From: Candidatus Nanohaloarchaea archaeon
Lineage (GTDB): Archaea; Nanohalarchaeota; Nanosalinia; Nanosalinales; Nanosalinaceae
Length of the DNA stretch: 47,232 nt
Direction of reading: 5' to 3'
NCBI GenBank assembly: GCA_042217585.1
Contig: JBDGSJ010000008.1
Location: 1 to 47,232 of the forward strand
Shown piece after piece: positions 9,789 to 18,204 of this stretch. The notes under the pieces are model-generated. The model was not told the DNA's origin and made no database searches. It saw nothing but the letters and a program-made list of their open reading frames with translations. The translations under genes and the position numbers were made by a program. Numbering within the stretch: the first letter of the stretch is position 1; each line of letters starts with the position of its first letter.

Positions 9789-9917
9789 GACCCGAGAGTG
9801 TTCGCATCTCCTGAACAGTAATGTGTTCGAGAATATCGAACAAACCAATTACTTAAGAACCTTTTGTTGTGGTCAGTCGGTGAATCCAGCCTGATGAGTG
9901 TTGAGTCTGGTCGAACA
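9789..9917 (+). repeat. Left arm of a diverged inverted repeat, with three TGTT-N11-AACA palindromes
   Basis: TGTTCG-catctcc-TGAACA 9799-9817; TGTTCG-agaatat-CGAACA 9824-9842; TGTTGA-gtctggt-CGAACA 9899-9917. Collinear with the reverse complement of 10797-10928. Confidence 0.8.
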
Positions 9918-10006
9918 ATCTTTCTCTCCACCGGTTTTTCGCGGTTCTCCGGCTTCCACGGCCAACATAATTAGGGATCGAGAAGAAATTTGGTTACAGA
10001 AGTACG

Positions 10007-10485
10007 ATGGCAGACAGAAAGGATGAGGAGAGCGCTATAAGGAGGATCGAACAGAGGGCCACGGACTCGGAGAAAAGCCTGAAGAAGATGATAGAGGGCC
10101 TGGAGAAGGAGAAAGACAAGCACGAGAGGCTGATGAAGGAGAACGAGCAGATCCTCCAGCAGCTCCGTGAATCCTTGACGTCGTGAGGGACATGGAGAAG
10201 ATAGGCGAGCACCTCGAGAAGACCGCAGAGAAGGTCCGCAGGGGGCAGCCCGGAGCCACGAAAGGGATAGAGAAGGACCTCAAGAGCCTGAAGAAGGACG
10301 TCAAGAAGTTCAAGAAACAGATGCAGCAGATACTCCAGGAGCTCCGCGACACGCGCCGTGGTCTTGAGGAGGAACAGGAGATAGAGAAGAAACTGGAGAA
10401 GATAGAGAACCACCTCGAGGAAAACCTCCAGGAGCTCAGGAAAAGAGAGAAACAGATCCGGGATATGGAGAGGGAAGTCAGGTGA
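10007..10485 (+). pseudogene. Coiled-coil protein gene split by a single-base frameshift near 10170 (or a sequencing error)
   Basis: ATG 10007 frame reads MADRKDEE...QILQQLRE and stops at 10186. Adding one A at CGT GA|ATC joins it to ILDVVRDMEKIGEH...EREVR (stop 10485), giving a continuous 159-aa heptad protein. Confidence 0.7.
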
Positions 10486-10498
10486 GGAACACCAGAAC

Positions 10499-10676
10499 TC
10501 TCGTAACAAAGAAGGTATAACAGGAACGAGTGAATCGGTGAATTCCTCAGGAGGTCGCGAAGATATACCTCCTTTATTATATGGTGTATCTTTCTCGATT
10601 ACCCTTGTTGAAGCACCAAGGATGTTGCAAGAACCACGTTTCCCGCATTCTCGGATAAAGGTCCTTTGTTAAGAGA
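10499..10676. repeat. Three copies of a 22-bp motif (reference ATATACCTCCTTTGTTAAGAGA)
   Basis: Matches to the copy at 17449-17470: 10499-10520 on the minus strand (19/22), 10563-10584 (17/22) and 10655-10676 (19/22). Confidence 0.8.
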
Positions 10677-10719
10677 GGTTTCTCGAGTTTTCGCTCAAAG
10701 GCTCCCTGGATGGCAGGGA

Positions 10720-10928
10720 TGTTCTCTCAGAGTCAACACTCACGAGGTCCTTCTCTGGTCGAAAGCTGCTCGACCTCCCGCCCAGGGGTCGATGGGTGTT
10801 CACATCCGCCAAACACTCGTCAGACTCTTATTTACCGTAGAATGAAAACATAAGGAATTAAAGAGAGTAGTGTGTTCGTCCGGAACGAACATATCTGTGT
10901 TCGCTCTGTCTCAACAGTCTCAGGGGTC
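10720..10928 (-). repeat. Right arm of the inverted repeat region, with four TGTT-N11-AACA palindromes
   Basis: TGTTCT-ctcagag-TCAACA 10720-10738; TGTTCA-catccgc-CAAACA 10797-10815; TGTTCG-tccggaa-CGAACA 10873-10891; TGTTCG-ctctgtc-TCAACA 10898-10916. Confidence 0.8.
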
Positions 10929-10957
10929 GCGTGAGTTTCCCTGAGAGCGAGCGGCTT

Positions 10958-11368
10958 TCAGCTTCCGATCCGGTCCAGGAACCGGTCCATCGCTTCCCGT
11001 GGAGAGGGCTCTTCCTCTCCTCCTGTGCCGTTGCTGTAGTTGGCCCTGACCTGGTCCATGAGCTTCTCCCTGTCCGAGGGCTCCTCTACTCTCTTTGCCT
11101 CTCCCGTCTTCCTGTCGTACTCGGCGTCGGCCTTCGGACCGTTGAGGATCCTCTGCTTGCGGGCCTCTCCCTCGAAGTCGTAGTCGAAGCTGTCGTCCTG
11201 GTTGGCTTTGCCGTACTTCTCGTCGTGATAGGTGGGGTCCTCGCGTGAGGTTTCGTCCTCCTCCAGGTCCTGTCTTGTACCTGCCTCGGGTCCCTGGTCC
11301 AGTTTCACGTTCATGGTTTCCCGGCCGGACCCGGAGTCTCCGTTCCGTACGATGTTCTTGTTTTCCAT
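10958..11368 (-). CDS. Hypothetical acidic, probably disordered protein
   Basis: 136-aa D/E-rich ORF with an AT-rich TATA-like element about 25 bp upstream. Confidence 0.7.
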   Translation of the reverse strand: MENKNIVRNGDSGSGRETMNVKLDQGPEAGTRQDLEEDETSREDPTYHDEKYGKANQDDSFDYDFEGEARKQRILNGPKADAEYDRKTGEAKRVEEPSDREKLMDQVRANYSNGTGGEEEPSPREAMDRFLDRIGS

Positions 11369-11384
11369 ATGTCACTGTAAGATA

Positions 11385-11403
11385 ACAACTTTTTTAAAGT
11401 TGT
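11385..11403. promoter_or_regulatory. Perfect inverted repeat overlapping the TATA-like element of a divergent promoter
   Basis: ACAACTTT-ttt-AAAGTTGT between the 11368(-) gene and the ZIP transporter (+). Confidence 0.5.
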
Positions 11404-11427
11404 CGTCTTTTCCGGACCTTCATAACT

Positions 11428-12195
11428 GTGGGATATCCATACTGGGTCGTGTCAGTCGATCTCTACATAATGGCGAGCGTGCTGGTCTCCGGTCTCGTGT
11501 CCGGTGTGGGAGCGTTCTTTCTGGTACTGGGGGAGGATTCGATGGACCGCCTTGTCCACTTCCTCGTGGCTCTTTCCGCGGGCGCGATGTTCGGGGGAGC
11601 GTTCATACACGTCCTGCCTCGTTACGCATCGGTGTTCGGTATGGATCACCTGGCGGGCCTCCTGATAGCGCTTTCGATAGCTTTCTCGTACCTCCTTGAA
11701 GAGGTCCTCCACTGGCACTGCCATCACACGGACCATGACGTGAAACCCTACAGCTACATGGTGGTGGTAGGTGACAGCATACACAACGTGATAGATGGGG
11801 TCCTGATAGCCTCCAGCTACTACGTATCGGTCCCCGCGGGGCTGGCTGTGACCTTGGCGGTGATGATCCACAAGCTCCCGAAGGAGCTCGGCGACTTCGG
11901 GGTCCTTGTAAACGGAGGTTTCTCACGGCTCAGGGCGCTGGAGTTCAACCTCGCGGTGAACTTCTTTGCGCTCCTCGGGGCTTTCCTCGTTGTCTTGATG
12001 TCCTCGGTCCGGGGAGTGAACGCAGTCCTGATACCGCTCGCGGTCGGTAACTTCGTCTACGTGGCGGGTTCGGACCTTCTCCCCGAGATAAAGCACAAGG
12101 AGGTGAGGGGGAAGGTCCTCCACACCGCTCTGTTCCTGACAGGTATAGCGATGATGTACGGCGTGGTCCTCCTGAAGGGTTTCATCCCTCTGTGA
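11428..12195 (+). CDS. ZIP-family zinc/metal transporter
   Basis: 'ALSAGAMFGGAFIHVLP', His loop 'HWHCHHTDH', 'GDSIHNVIDG', 'HKLPKELGDFGVL', 'YVAGSDLLPE'. Start uncertain (11428, 11449 or 11470). Confidence 0.9.
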   Translation: MGYPYWVVSVDLYIMASVLVSGLVSGVGAFFLVLGEDSMDRLVHFLVALSAGAMFGGAFIHVLPRYASVFGMDHLAGLLIALSIAFSYLLEEVLHWHCHHTDHDVKPYSYMVVVGDSIHNVIDGVLIASSYYVSVPAGLAVTLAVMIHKLPKELGDFGVLVNGGFSRLRALEFNLAVNFFALLGAFLVVLMSSVRGVNAVLIPLAVGNFVYVAGSDLLPEIKHKEVRGKVLHTALFLTGIAMMYGVVLLKGFIPL

Positions 12196-12232
12196 ATCAG
12201 GAATTTGCCAGGTAACTTTCGGAGAGGGTTGT

Positions 12233-13297
12233 CTAGATAAAGTCCTTCACGGTCTCGAAGAACGATTTGTCCTGCTTCTTTTTCTCTCGGTACTTCTCGA
12301 AGAACTCGCGGTCCTCCTCATCGGTTTCTTCGGGTATGTCGACGTCGATCTTCACGTAAAGATCTCCGTAGCCTCTTCTGCCTGGCATCCCCTTCCCGCG
12401 GAGCCTGAGGACCTGGCCGGGCTGGCTTCCCTCCGGTATGTCCACCTTTATCTCGCCGTCTGGATGAGGTATCTCTGCCTCGGCGCCGAGGACCGCGTCG
12501 CCGATTCCGACGGTGACTGTCGTGTATAGGTCGTTTTCCCGTCTCTCAAGCGAGTCGTGGTCCTGTATCATCACGACGGCATACAGGTCTCCGGCGTTCC
12601 CGTTCCTGTCCTCGTGTCCCTTGCCTCTCAGCCTCATCTTCTGGCCGTCCCGGACGCCCTTCGGGACCTCGAAGCTGATAGTTTCTTCCTTCTCGATCAC
12701 GCCTTCTCCGCTGCACCGTGAGCATTTTACCTCCGGTATCTGTCCGGTTCCTCCGCATTCAGGGCATTCCGTGACTTTCTGTGCGCGACCGAGCGGGGTC
12801 CTCTGGACCTGCCTCACGCGTCCCTCTCCGCCGCATTCGGTGCATGTTGTCGTCTGTCCGTCTTCTGCACCGCTTCCGCCGCAGTCCGGGCATCTCTTCT
12901 TTCTGCTGACGTCGTAGGTTTTCTCGACTCCGTTATAGGCTTCCTCAAGGGATATATCGACCTTTATCCTGAGGTTTTCGCCTCCTCTTTCTCTTCTTCG
13001 TCCGCCCCCGCCGAATATCTGCTCGAAGATGTCCTTGAAGTTGGATGCGGCTCTTCTCTGGCCTCTCTCAGCGTGACCTTCTACGCCCTGCTTGCCGAAC
13101 TGGTCGTACTTCTTCCTTTTCTCCTCGTCCGAGAGGACGTCGTAGGCCTTGTTTATCTTCTTGAACTTCTCCTCGTCTGACTCTTCAGAGTTGGAGTCGG
13201 GGTGGTATCTCTTCGCCTTCTCCCTGTACGCCTTCTTTATCTCCTCCTGGCTGGCGTCCTCGGATACACCGAGCAGTTCGTAGTACTCCTTGGCCAT
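12233..13297 (-). CDS. dnaJ: Chaperone DnaJ
   Basis: J domain with HPD and four CxxCxGxG repeats; start moved to ATG 13297 (MAKEYYELLGV). Confidence 0.96.
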   Translation of the reverse strand: MAKEYYELLGVSEDASQEEIKKAYREKAKRYHPDSNSEESDEEKFKKINKAYDVLSDEEKRKKYDQFGKQGVEGHAERGQRRAASNFKDIFEQIFGGGGRRRERGGENLRIKVDISLEEAYNGVEKTYDVSRKKRCPDCGGSGAEDGQTTTCTECGGEGRVRQVQRTPLGRAQKVTECPECGGTGQIPEVKCSRCSGEGVIEKEETISFEVPKGVRDGQKMRLRGKGHEDRNGNAGDLYAVVMIQDHDSLERRENDLYTTVTVGIGDAVLGAEAEIPHPDGEIKVDIPEGSQPGQVLRLRGKGMPGRRGYGDLYVKIDVDIPEETDEEDREFFEKYREKKKQDKSFFETVKDFI

Positions 13298-13537
13298 CGC
13301 ATCAAAACCGGTGTCTGGAAATGTTTTAAGAGTGAAAGTCCTTGTCCTCCACTGCGTCGTCGCCGGGCGCGTCAACGTCGACCGTGGTGTCGGCCGGTGA
13401 ATCCGCGCTGTCGTCATCCAAGACTGCCGCTACATTCAGGGAAACTGTCAGAGTCTTCGTCTGGTCCCGACGTCCCTGAGCTTCTCGATGCTTAGTGCCA
13501 TTATAACGGTGAAGTCCGGGAAAAACCGGGGGAGGGA

Positions 13538-15427
13538 TTACTCCTCCTCTTCGTCGTCTACCTCCTCGTAGTCCGCGTCGACGACGTCCTCTCCGGACCC
13601 GGGGTTTCCGCCGCCCATGTTCATGTTCTGGGCTGCCTGCTGGATGTCCTCGGGGTCCATATTGGAGGGGTCGAATCCCTGTGGTCCGCCCTCGCCGCCG
13701 TAGATCTCCTTTCCTATCTCCTGGATCTCTTCCTCCAGCTTCTCAACGGCGTCCTCGAGCTCTTCTTTGTCTTCAAGCTCTGCGTCCTCACGGACCTCGC
13801 GGACCTCGTCGATCGCGTCCTCTATGGATTCAATCACTTCGTCGTCGACCTTGTCTCCGTGTTCCTCTATCTGGTCCTCTGCCTGGGAAACCAGATGGTC
13901 GGCACGGTTCTTTGTCTCTACGAACTCGCGGCGTTTCTGGTCTTCCTCGGCGTGCTTCTCGGCTTCTTCCTTCATCTCCTCTATCTCTTCCTCGTCAAGC
14001 CTTGAGGCCTCGTCGATCGTGATGGAGGCTTCTTCCCCGCTCTGCTGCTCCTTCGCGGAGACGTTGAGTATGCCGTCGGCGTCGATCTCGAAAGTGACCT
14101 CGATCTGCGGCTGTCCGGCGGGCGCCGGCGGGATGCCCTGGAGGTTGAACTGTCCGAGGGACTTGTTGTCCTTCGCCATCTCCCTTTCTCCCTGCACGAC
14201 GTGTACCGTGACCGCGGTCTGGTTGTCCTGTGCGGTCGTGAAGGTCTTGGACTCTTCCGCGGGTATCGTGGTGTTCTCTTCTATCAGGGTCTCGGTGAGC
14301 CCGCCCTTGACCTCTACTCCGAGGCTGAGCGGTGCGACGTCAAGGAGCAGTAGGTCGTCCATGTCCCCGGAGATGCTGCCGGCCTGGATCGAGGCACCCA
14401 TGGCTACCGCCTCGTCGGGGCTGACGCTCTGGTCCGGCTTCATGCCGGTTATCGCCTGTACGTGCTCGCGGACCGCCGGAACCCTGGTCGTTCCCCCGAC
14501 CAGTATCACGTCGTCTATCTCCGACTTGTCGATACCTGCGTCATCGATCGCCTTCTCGGTCGGCTCGGTGGTCCTCTGGATCAGGTCCTCGACGAGGTCC
14601 TCGAACTTCGACCGGGTCAGCTCGTAGTCGATGTTGTACGTGTCTTCGTCGTCCTGGTAGATGAAAGGTATGTTGATATTCGTGTTCTCCCGGGAGGAGA
14701 GCTCCTTCTTGGCCTCCTCGGCCTTCTCCCTTATCCTCTGGAGGGATTCGTCGTGCTCGGAGAGGTCGATCCCGTTCTCGTCCTCGAACTTCTCGAGCAC
14801 CCAGTCGACGATCCGCTGGTCGAGGTCGTCTCCTCCGAGTTCATTGTCTCCCTCTGTGGACTGGACCTCGTAGACGCCGTCACCCATCTCGAGGACGGTG
14901 ACGTCGAAGGTCCCTCCTCCGAAGTCGTAGACCAGCACGGTCTTCTCGGACTCGTCGTCGAGCCCGTAGGCAAGGGCCGCGGCGGTCGGCTCGTTCAGTA
15001 TCCTTTCCACCTCGAGCCCGGCGATCTCGCCCGCGTCCTTGGTGGCCTGTCTCTGCGTGTCGTCGAAGTGCGCGGGGACCGTGATGACCGCTTTCTCGAC
15101 CTCGTCGCCCAGCTTCTCCTCGGCGTCGGTCTTCAGCTTCTGGAGGATCATCGAGGAGATCTCCTGCGGCGTGTAGTCTTCGCCCTCGAGCTCTACCTCG
15201 TAGTCCTCACCCATGTGTCTCTTTATCGATTTGACGGTGTTCTCCTCGTTCGTTATCATCTGGTTCTTCGCCGGCTTCCCGACGAGCCGCTCACCGTCGT
15301 CGAACGCGACTATCGACGGCGTCACGCGGTCTCCCTCCCTGTTCTCCAGGATTTTTGGTTCTCCGTCCTCTACTGCTGCGATTGCGCTTCTCGTCGTTCC
15401 GAGGTCGATCCCGATTATTCTTCCCAT
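13538..15427 (-). CDS. dnaK: Chaperone DnaK (Hsp70)
   Basis: 'IGIDLGTT', 'AVITVPAHF', 'NEPTAAAL', 'DFGGGTFDV', '[13 protein letters not shown]'. Confidence 0.98.
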   Translation of the reverse strand: MGRIIGIDLGTTRSAIAAVEDGEPKILENREGDRVTPSIVAFDDGERLVGKPAKNQMITNEENTVKSIKRHMGEDYEVELEGEDYTPQEISSMILQKLKTDAEEKLGDEVEKAVITVPAHFDDTQRQATKDAGEIAGLEVERILNEPTAAALAYGLDDESEKTVLVYDFGGGTFDVTVLEMGDGVYEVQSTEGDNELGGDDLDQRIVDWVLEKFEDENGIDLSEHDESLQRIREKAEEAKKELSSRENTNINIPFIYQDDEDTYNIDYELTRSKFEDLVEDLIQRTTEPTEKAIDDAGIDKSEIDDVILVGGTTRVPAVREHVQAITGMKPDQSVSPDEAVAMGASIQAGSISGDMDDLLLLDVAPLSLGVEVKGGLTETLIEENTTIPAEESKTFTTAQDNQTAVTVHVVQGEREMAKDNKSLGQFNLQGIPPAPAGQPQIEVTFEIDADGILNVSAKEQQSGEEASITIDEASRLDEEEIEEMKEEAEKHAEEDQKRREFVETKNRADHLVSQAEDQIEEHGDKVDDEVIESIEDAIDEVREVREDAELEDKEELEDAVEKLEEEIQEIGKEIYGGEGGPQGFDPSNMDPEDIQQAAQNMNMGGGNPGSGEDVVDADYEEVDDEEEE

Positions 15428-15479
15428 GTTGAAGACACCTGTTTTTGTTGAGGTGATTAAAAATTTTTAAATAGTCCCC

Positions 15480-16076
15480 TCAGATGGCGTAGAACGCGCC
15501 GAGGAGAATCGAGCCGATGTACCCGAGCGCCTGCATAGGGTCCAGCAGGTTCACGACCCGTGGCGAGACCCCTGCGATCCGCGGTCCCGGCGCCGCGACA
15601 CAGTGTAGAGGGGCAAAGTTCTTCCTCCAGTCGACAAGGTAGAAATCTCCTCCCTCCGAAACAGAGGTCTTCCAGCATCCCTGCTTTCTCGACAGTCCGT
15701 CCCTGCTGAACTCGTCCATGGGGTAGAAGTCGTGCCTGGTGTCGAAGATGTAGCTCCGTCTCGGCGGGAGGCCGCCGTCTCCCCTCTCTATCCTCACCGG
15801 GGCCCTGTAACCTATCCCTGTCCTCGAGGTCACGTTCCATCCCTCTCCCCGGAGTTCCTCCAGCTCGTCCAGATCCGTGGAGTTCAGGGGCCTCAGCTCC
15901 GGGTCCTCCGACGAGAAGTTGGTCCTTCCCAGCCTGAACTCCTCCGGCAGTTCTCCGCCGCAAAGCCCTTCCCCGCAGTGCATCACGTAGGTTATCTCGC
16001 TGATGGCTACGCTGGTCGATGATGCGGCTCCCGCCAGCATCAGGACCGCCAGGGGAAGCAAGAGGAGCTTTTCCAT
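15480..16076 (-). CDS. Secreted or membrane-anchored hypothetical protein
   Basis: Signal peptide 'MEKLLLLPLAVLMLAGAASS', four Cys and a C-terminal hydrophobic helix. Confidence 0.7.
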   Translation of the reverse strand: MEKLLLLPLAVLMLAGAASSTSVAISEITYVMHCGEGLCGGELPEEFRLGRTNFSSEDPELRPLNSTDLDELEELRGEGWNVTSRTGIGYRAPVRIERGDGGLPPRRSYIFDTRHDFYPMDEFSRDGLSRKQGCWKTSVSEGGDFYLVDWRKNFAPLHCVAAPGPRIAGVSPRVVNLLDPMQALGYIGSILLGAFYAI

Positions 16077-16103
16077 ATCTTGTTTTCCGTGGAGCCGGTT
16101 TAA

Positions 16104-16607
16104 TCAGTTTTCTTCATCGTTCTTCCCGACGACGACCTCGGATTCCCTCAGGACCTCGTCGTTGTACATGTAGCCCTTGCGCTTCTCCCGGACCACCCTG
16201 TTGTGCTCCTCGTGGGTCTCGGTGTCGACCGCCCTGTGGAGGCTGGGGTTGAACTCCTCGCCTTCCGCGTGTATCCTCTCCAGTCCTCTGTCCTGGAGCG
16301 TCTCGTAGAGCTGGTCCGCCACCATCTTGACACCCTTCACGACTCCGGTCTCCTCGTCGGCGGAAGCGATGGCTCTTTCCAGGTTGTCCATCACCTCTAT
16401 CAGCTCTTCCGCCAGCTGCTTCCTGGCGTCCTCCTGCCAGCGCTCCTTCCGGTCCTCTTCACGTTTCCTGTAGTTGTCGAAGTCCGCCTTGACCTTTTTC
16501 GCCTTTTCCTCGGCGTCTTCCTTTTCCTGCTCAAGTCGGCTGACCTTTTCCTCAATCTCTTCAAGTGCCTCGACAAGCTGTTCGCGGGAGAGGTCCTCGT
16601 AACTCAT
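16104..16607 (-). CDS. grpE: Nucleotide exchange factor GrpE
   Basis: 'ADFDNYRKR', 'VMDNLERA', 'GEEFNPSLHRAV', 'KGYMYNDEVLRESEVVV'; start ATG 16607. Confidence 0.95.
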   Translation of the reverse strand: MSYEDLSREQLVEALEEIEEKVSRLEQEKEDAEEKAKKVKADFDNYRKREEDRKERWQEDARKQLAEELIEVMDNLERAIASADEETGVVKGVKMVADQLYETLQDRGLERIHAEGEEFNPSLHRAVDTETHEEHNRVVREKRKGYMYNDEVLRESEVVVGKNDEEN

Positions 16608-16645
16608 CAGTGACCTAAACGTCGTCAAATCTTTTAACAGGTAGC

Positions 16646-17407
16646 TCAGAACCGTTTCGCGATGAAGTCCTTTATCCTGCCCGGTACGAACTTCGCCAGC
16701 CGGGTGATGAAGAAACCGTCCCATCCGATGGAGTACCTCTGGCCAGACCTCTTCTCGGCGATATCCGCAAGTTTCTCCCCGGCCTTATCAGGGCTCATCC
16801 CGCCGAGAGGCTGGTCCAGTCTCTCCCTGCACCAGTCGCCGTAGACAGTCTCCAGGTAGTTCTCCAGGTTCTCGCGTCCTCTCTCGTTGAAACCGGTCCG
16901 GACACCGCCCGGCTCCACGACGACGACATCGACGTCGAACCGTTCCACCTCCATCCGGAGTGCGTCGCTCATAGCCTCGACTCCGTGCTTGCTCGCGGAG
17001 TAAAGGCCCCAGAAAGGCCCCGATTCCTTTCCCGCGACCGACGAGACGTTCACGATCTTCCCGGACCTCTCCCTGAGCATCGGAAGTGACTCCTGTATCA
17101 TGTTCACCATCCCGAACAGGTTGGTCTCGAAGTGGCGCTCCACCTTGTCCATATCCATCTCCTCGACAGGTCCCTGCCTCTGGTAGCCTGCGCAGTTCAC
17201 CAGCACGTCGAACTCCTCCGTGTCGAGGACCTCCGCCACCCTCTCCCTGTCGTAGACGTCTCCCTCGTGGGTCTCCACCTCCTCAGGAAGTTCGTCGAGG
17301 TACTCCTCCTCTATGTCGAAGACGACTACCTCGTGGCCGCGGTCCAGCAGTTCCTCAGCCGCGTTCCGTCCGATCCCGTGTCCTCCGCCCGTTATGAAGA
17401 ACCTCAT
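16646..17407 (-). CDS. Short-chain dehydrogenase/reductase (SDR)
   Basis: 'TGGGHGIG', 'LVNCAG', 'NVSS', catalytic 'YSASK'. Confidence 0.93.
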   Translation of the reverse strand: MRFFITGGGHGIGRNAAEELLDRGHEVVVFDIEEEYLDELPEEVETHEGDVYDRERVAEVLDTEEFDVLVNCAGYQRQGPVEEMDMDKVERHFETNLFGMVNMIQESLPMLRERSGKIVNVSSVAGKESGPFWGLYSASKHGVEAMSDALRMEVERFDVDVVVVEPGGVRTGFNERGRENLENYLETVYGDWCRERLDQPLGGMSPDKAGEKLADIAEKRSGQRYSIGWDGFFITRLAKFVPGRIKDFIAKRF

Positions 17408-17448
17408 GTCAGGGGTTTAGGTCCGGAGCAACATAAACCTGAACCTTG

Positions 17449-17470
17449 ATATACCTCCTTTGTTAAGAGA
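17449..17470 (+). promoter_or_regulatory. 22-bp motif overlapping the start of the winged-helix gene
   Basis: ATATACCTCCTTTGTTAAGAGA; its last A is the A of ATG 17470. Three related copies lie at 10499-10676. Confidence 0.65.
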
Positions 17471-17952
17471 TGTTCATGTCCGAGGATGACCATCCCTTCG
17501 TGGACGAGGACGCGAGGAAGTCGAAAACCCTGGTGACTAAGCACTCCATCGCGATACCGGAGGACGAGCAGAAGTACAGGAAGGGCGACAGGGCCTGGAA
17601 CTGGGAGAAGATAGTGGACCTTTTCTTTCCGCACGAGCAGTCCCCGAAGCGGAACAAGTACGCGAAGATATTCCTGCAGGAGCTGAAGAAGGAGGGCGAA
17701 ATCGACTCTGAAAAACTGAACGCGTTCGATGAATGGGGTCACGAGAAGGGAAAGTCGAACCTGAAGAACAATATACTGCCGAAACTGAGAAGACTTGGCG
17801 TGATCAAGTACGAGTATCTGGAGTATCGAGACCGCAGCGAAGGGTCTCAGGGCCGCCACAAGGTCGTCAAACCTGCCAGGTCCTTCACATCGATACTGGA
17901 CTCTATGGCGAACGGCTGGGCTGCTTTCGAGTCAGCGGCCTTCCAAGATTGA
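17470..17952 (+). CDS. Putative winged-helix DNA-binding protein
   Basis: 'KSNLKNNILPKLRRLGVIKYE...GRHKVVK' resembles a wHTH recognition helix plus wing; more basic than neighbouring proteins. Start 17470 or 17476. Confidence 0.6.
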   Translation: MFMSEDDHPFVDEDARKSKTLVTKHSIAIPEDEQKYRKGDRAWNWEKIVDLFFPHEQSPKRNKYAKIFLQELKKEGEIDSEKLNAFDEWGHEKGKSNLKNNILPKLRRLGVIKYEYLEYRDRSEGSQGRHKVVKPARSFTSILDSMANGWAAFESAAFQD

Positions 17953-17954
17953 AT

Positions 17955-18015
17955 GCCTTCCGATCTTCTCCGGAGTTTCAGCGCATCCGGAAGGCGGTCT
18001 CAGAGGCCGGCCTCT
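17955..18015. terminator. Hairpins between convergent genes
   Basis: GCCTTCCG (17955-17962) pairs with CGGAAGGC (17988-17995); palindrome AGAGGCCGGCCTCT at 18002-18015. Confidence 0.4.
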
Positions 18016-18023
18016 TCGTCATG

Positions 18024-18140
18024 CTATAGAGTAGTTGCTGGAACTACGTTTGCCTTGGGCGAGACTTCTGGCTGAGTCTTCGCGACTTCCTCGACCTGAG
18101 CTGAGAGCTCAGCTTCGAAGTCCCGGACGTTCGCGTTCAT
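18024..18140 (-). CDS. 38-aa small protein MNANVRDFEAELSAQVEEVAKTQPEVSPKANVVPATTL
   Basis: GAGGTG RBS 7 nt before ATG 18140; TAG at 18026-18024; shorter than anything in the ORF track. Confidence 0.6.
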   Translation of the reverse strand: MNANVRDFEAELSAQVEEVAKTQPEVSPKANVVPATTL

Positions 18141-18204
18141 TCGTTTGCACCTCGTGTTTTGTTTGGTGGTGTACGTGTGTTGTGGTCGCGATCTGGAAGG
18201 CCTG

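Noticed and set aside
9891..9917. CTGATGAG resembling a hammerhead ribozyme core (CTGACGAG on the minus strand near 10816-10823)
   Set aside because: No GAAA follows a stem II and the other stems are missing; better explained as part of the inverted-repeat arms.
9807..10908. dif-like or tyrosine-recombinase core sites (11-6-11 layout at 9807-9834 and 10881-10908)
   Set aside because: The 6-bp spacers (GTAATG and TATCTG) do not match in either orientation, the arms do not resemble the TTATA-containing dif consensus, and no recombinase gene is in the window.
9799..10916. CRISPR array
   Set aside because: Repeats are degenerate palindromes with variable centres, inverted between arms and not separated by regular unique spacers; no cas1 is present.
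17448..17462. AAGGAGGT on the minus strand as a Shine-Dalgarno site (also near 10567-10574)
   Set aside because: No start codon at a usable distance (the SDR ATG is more than 40 nt away), and the similarity between copies extends well beyond the SD-like core.
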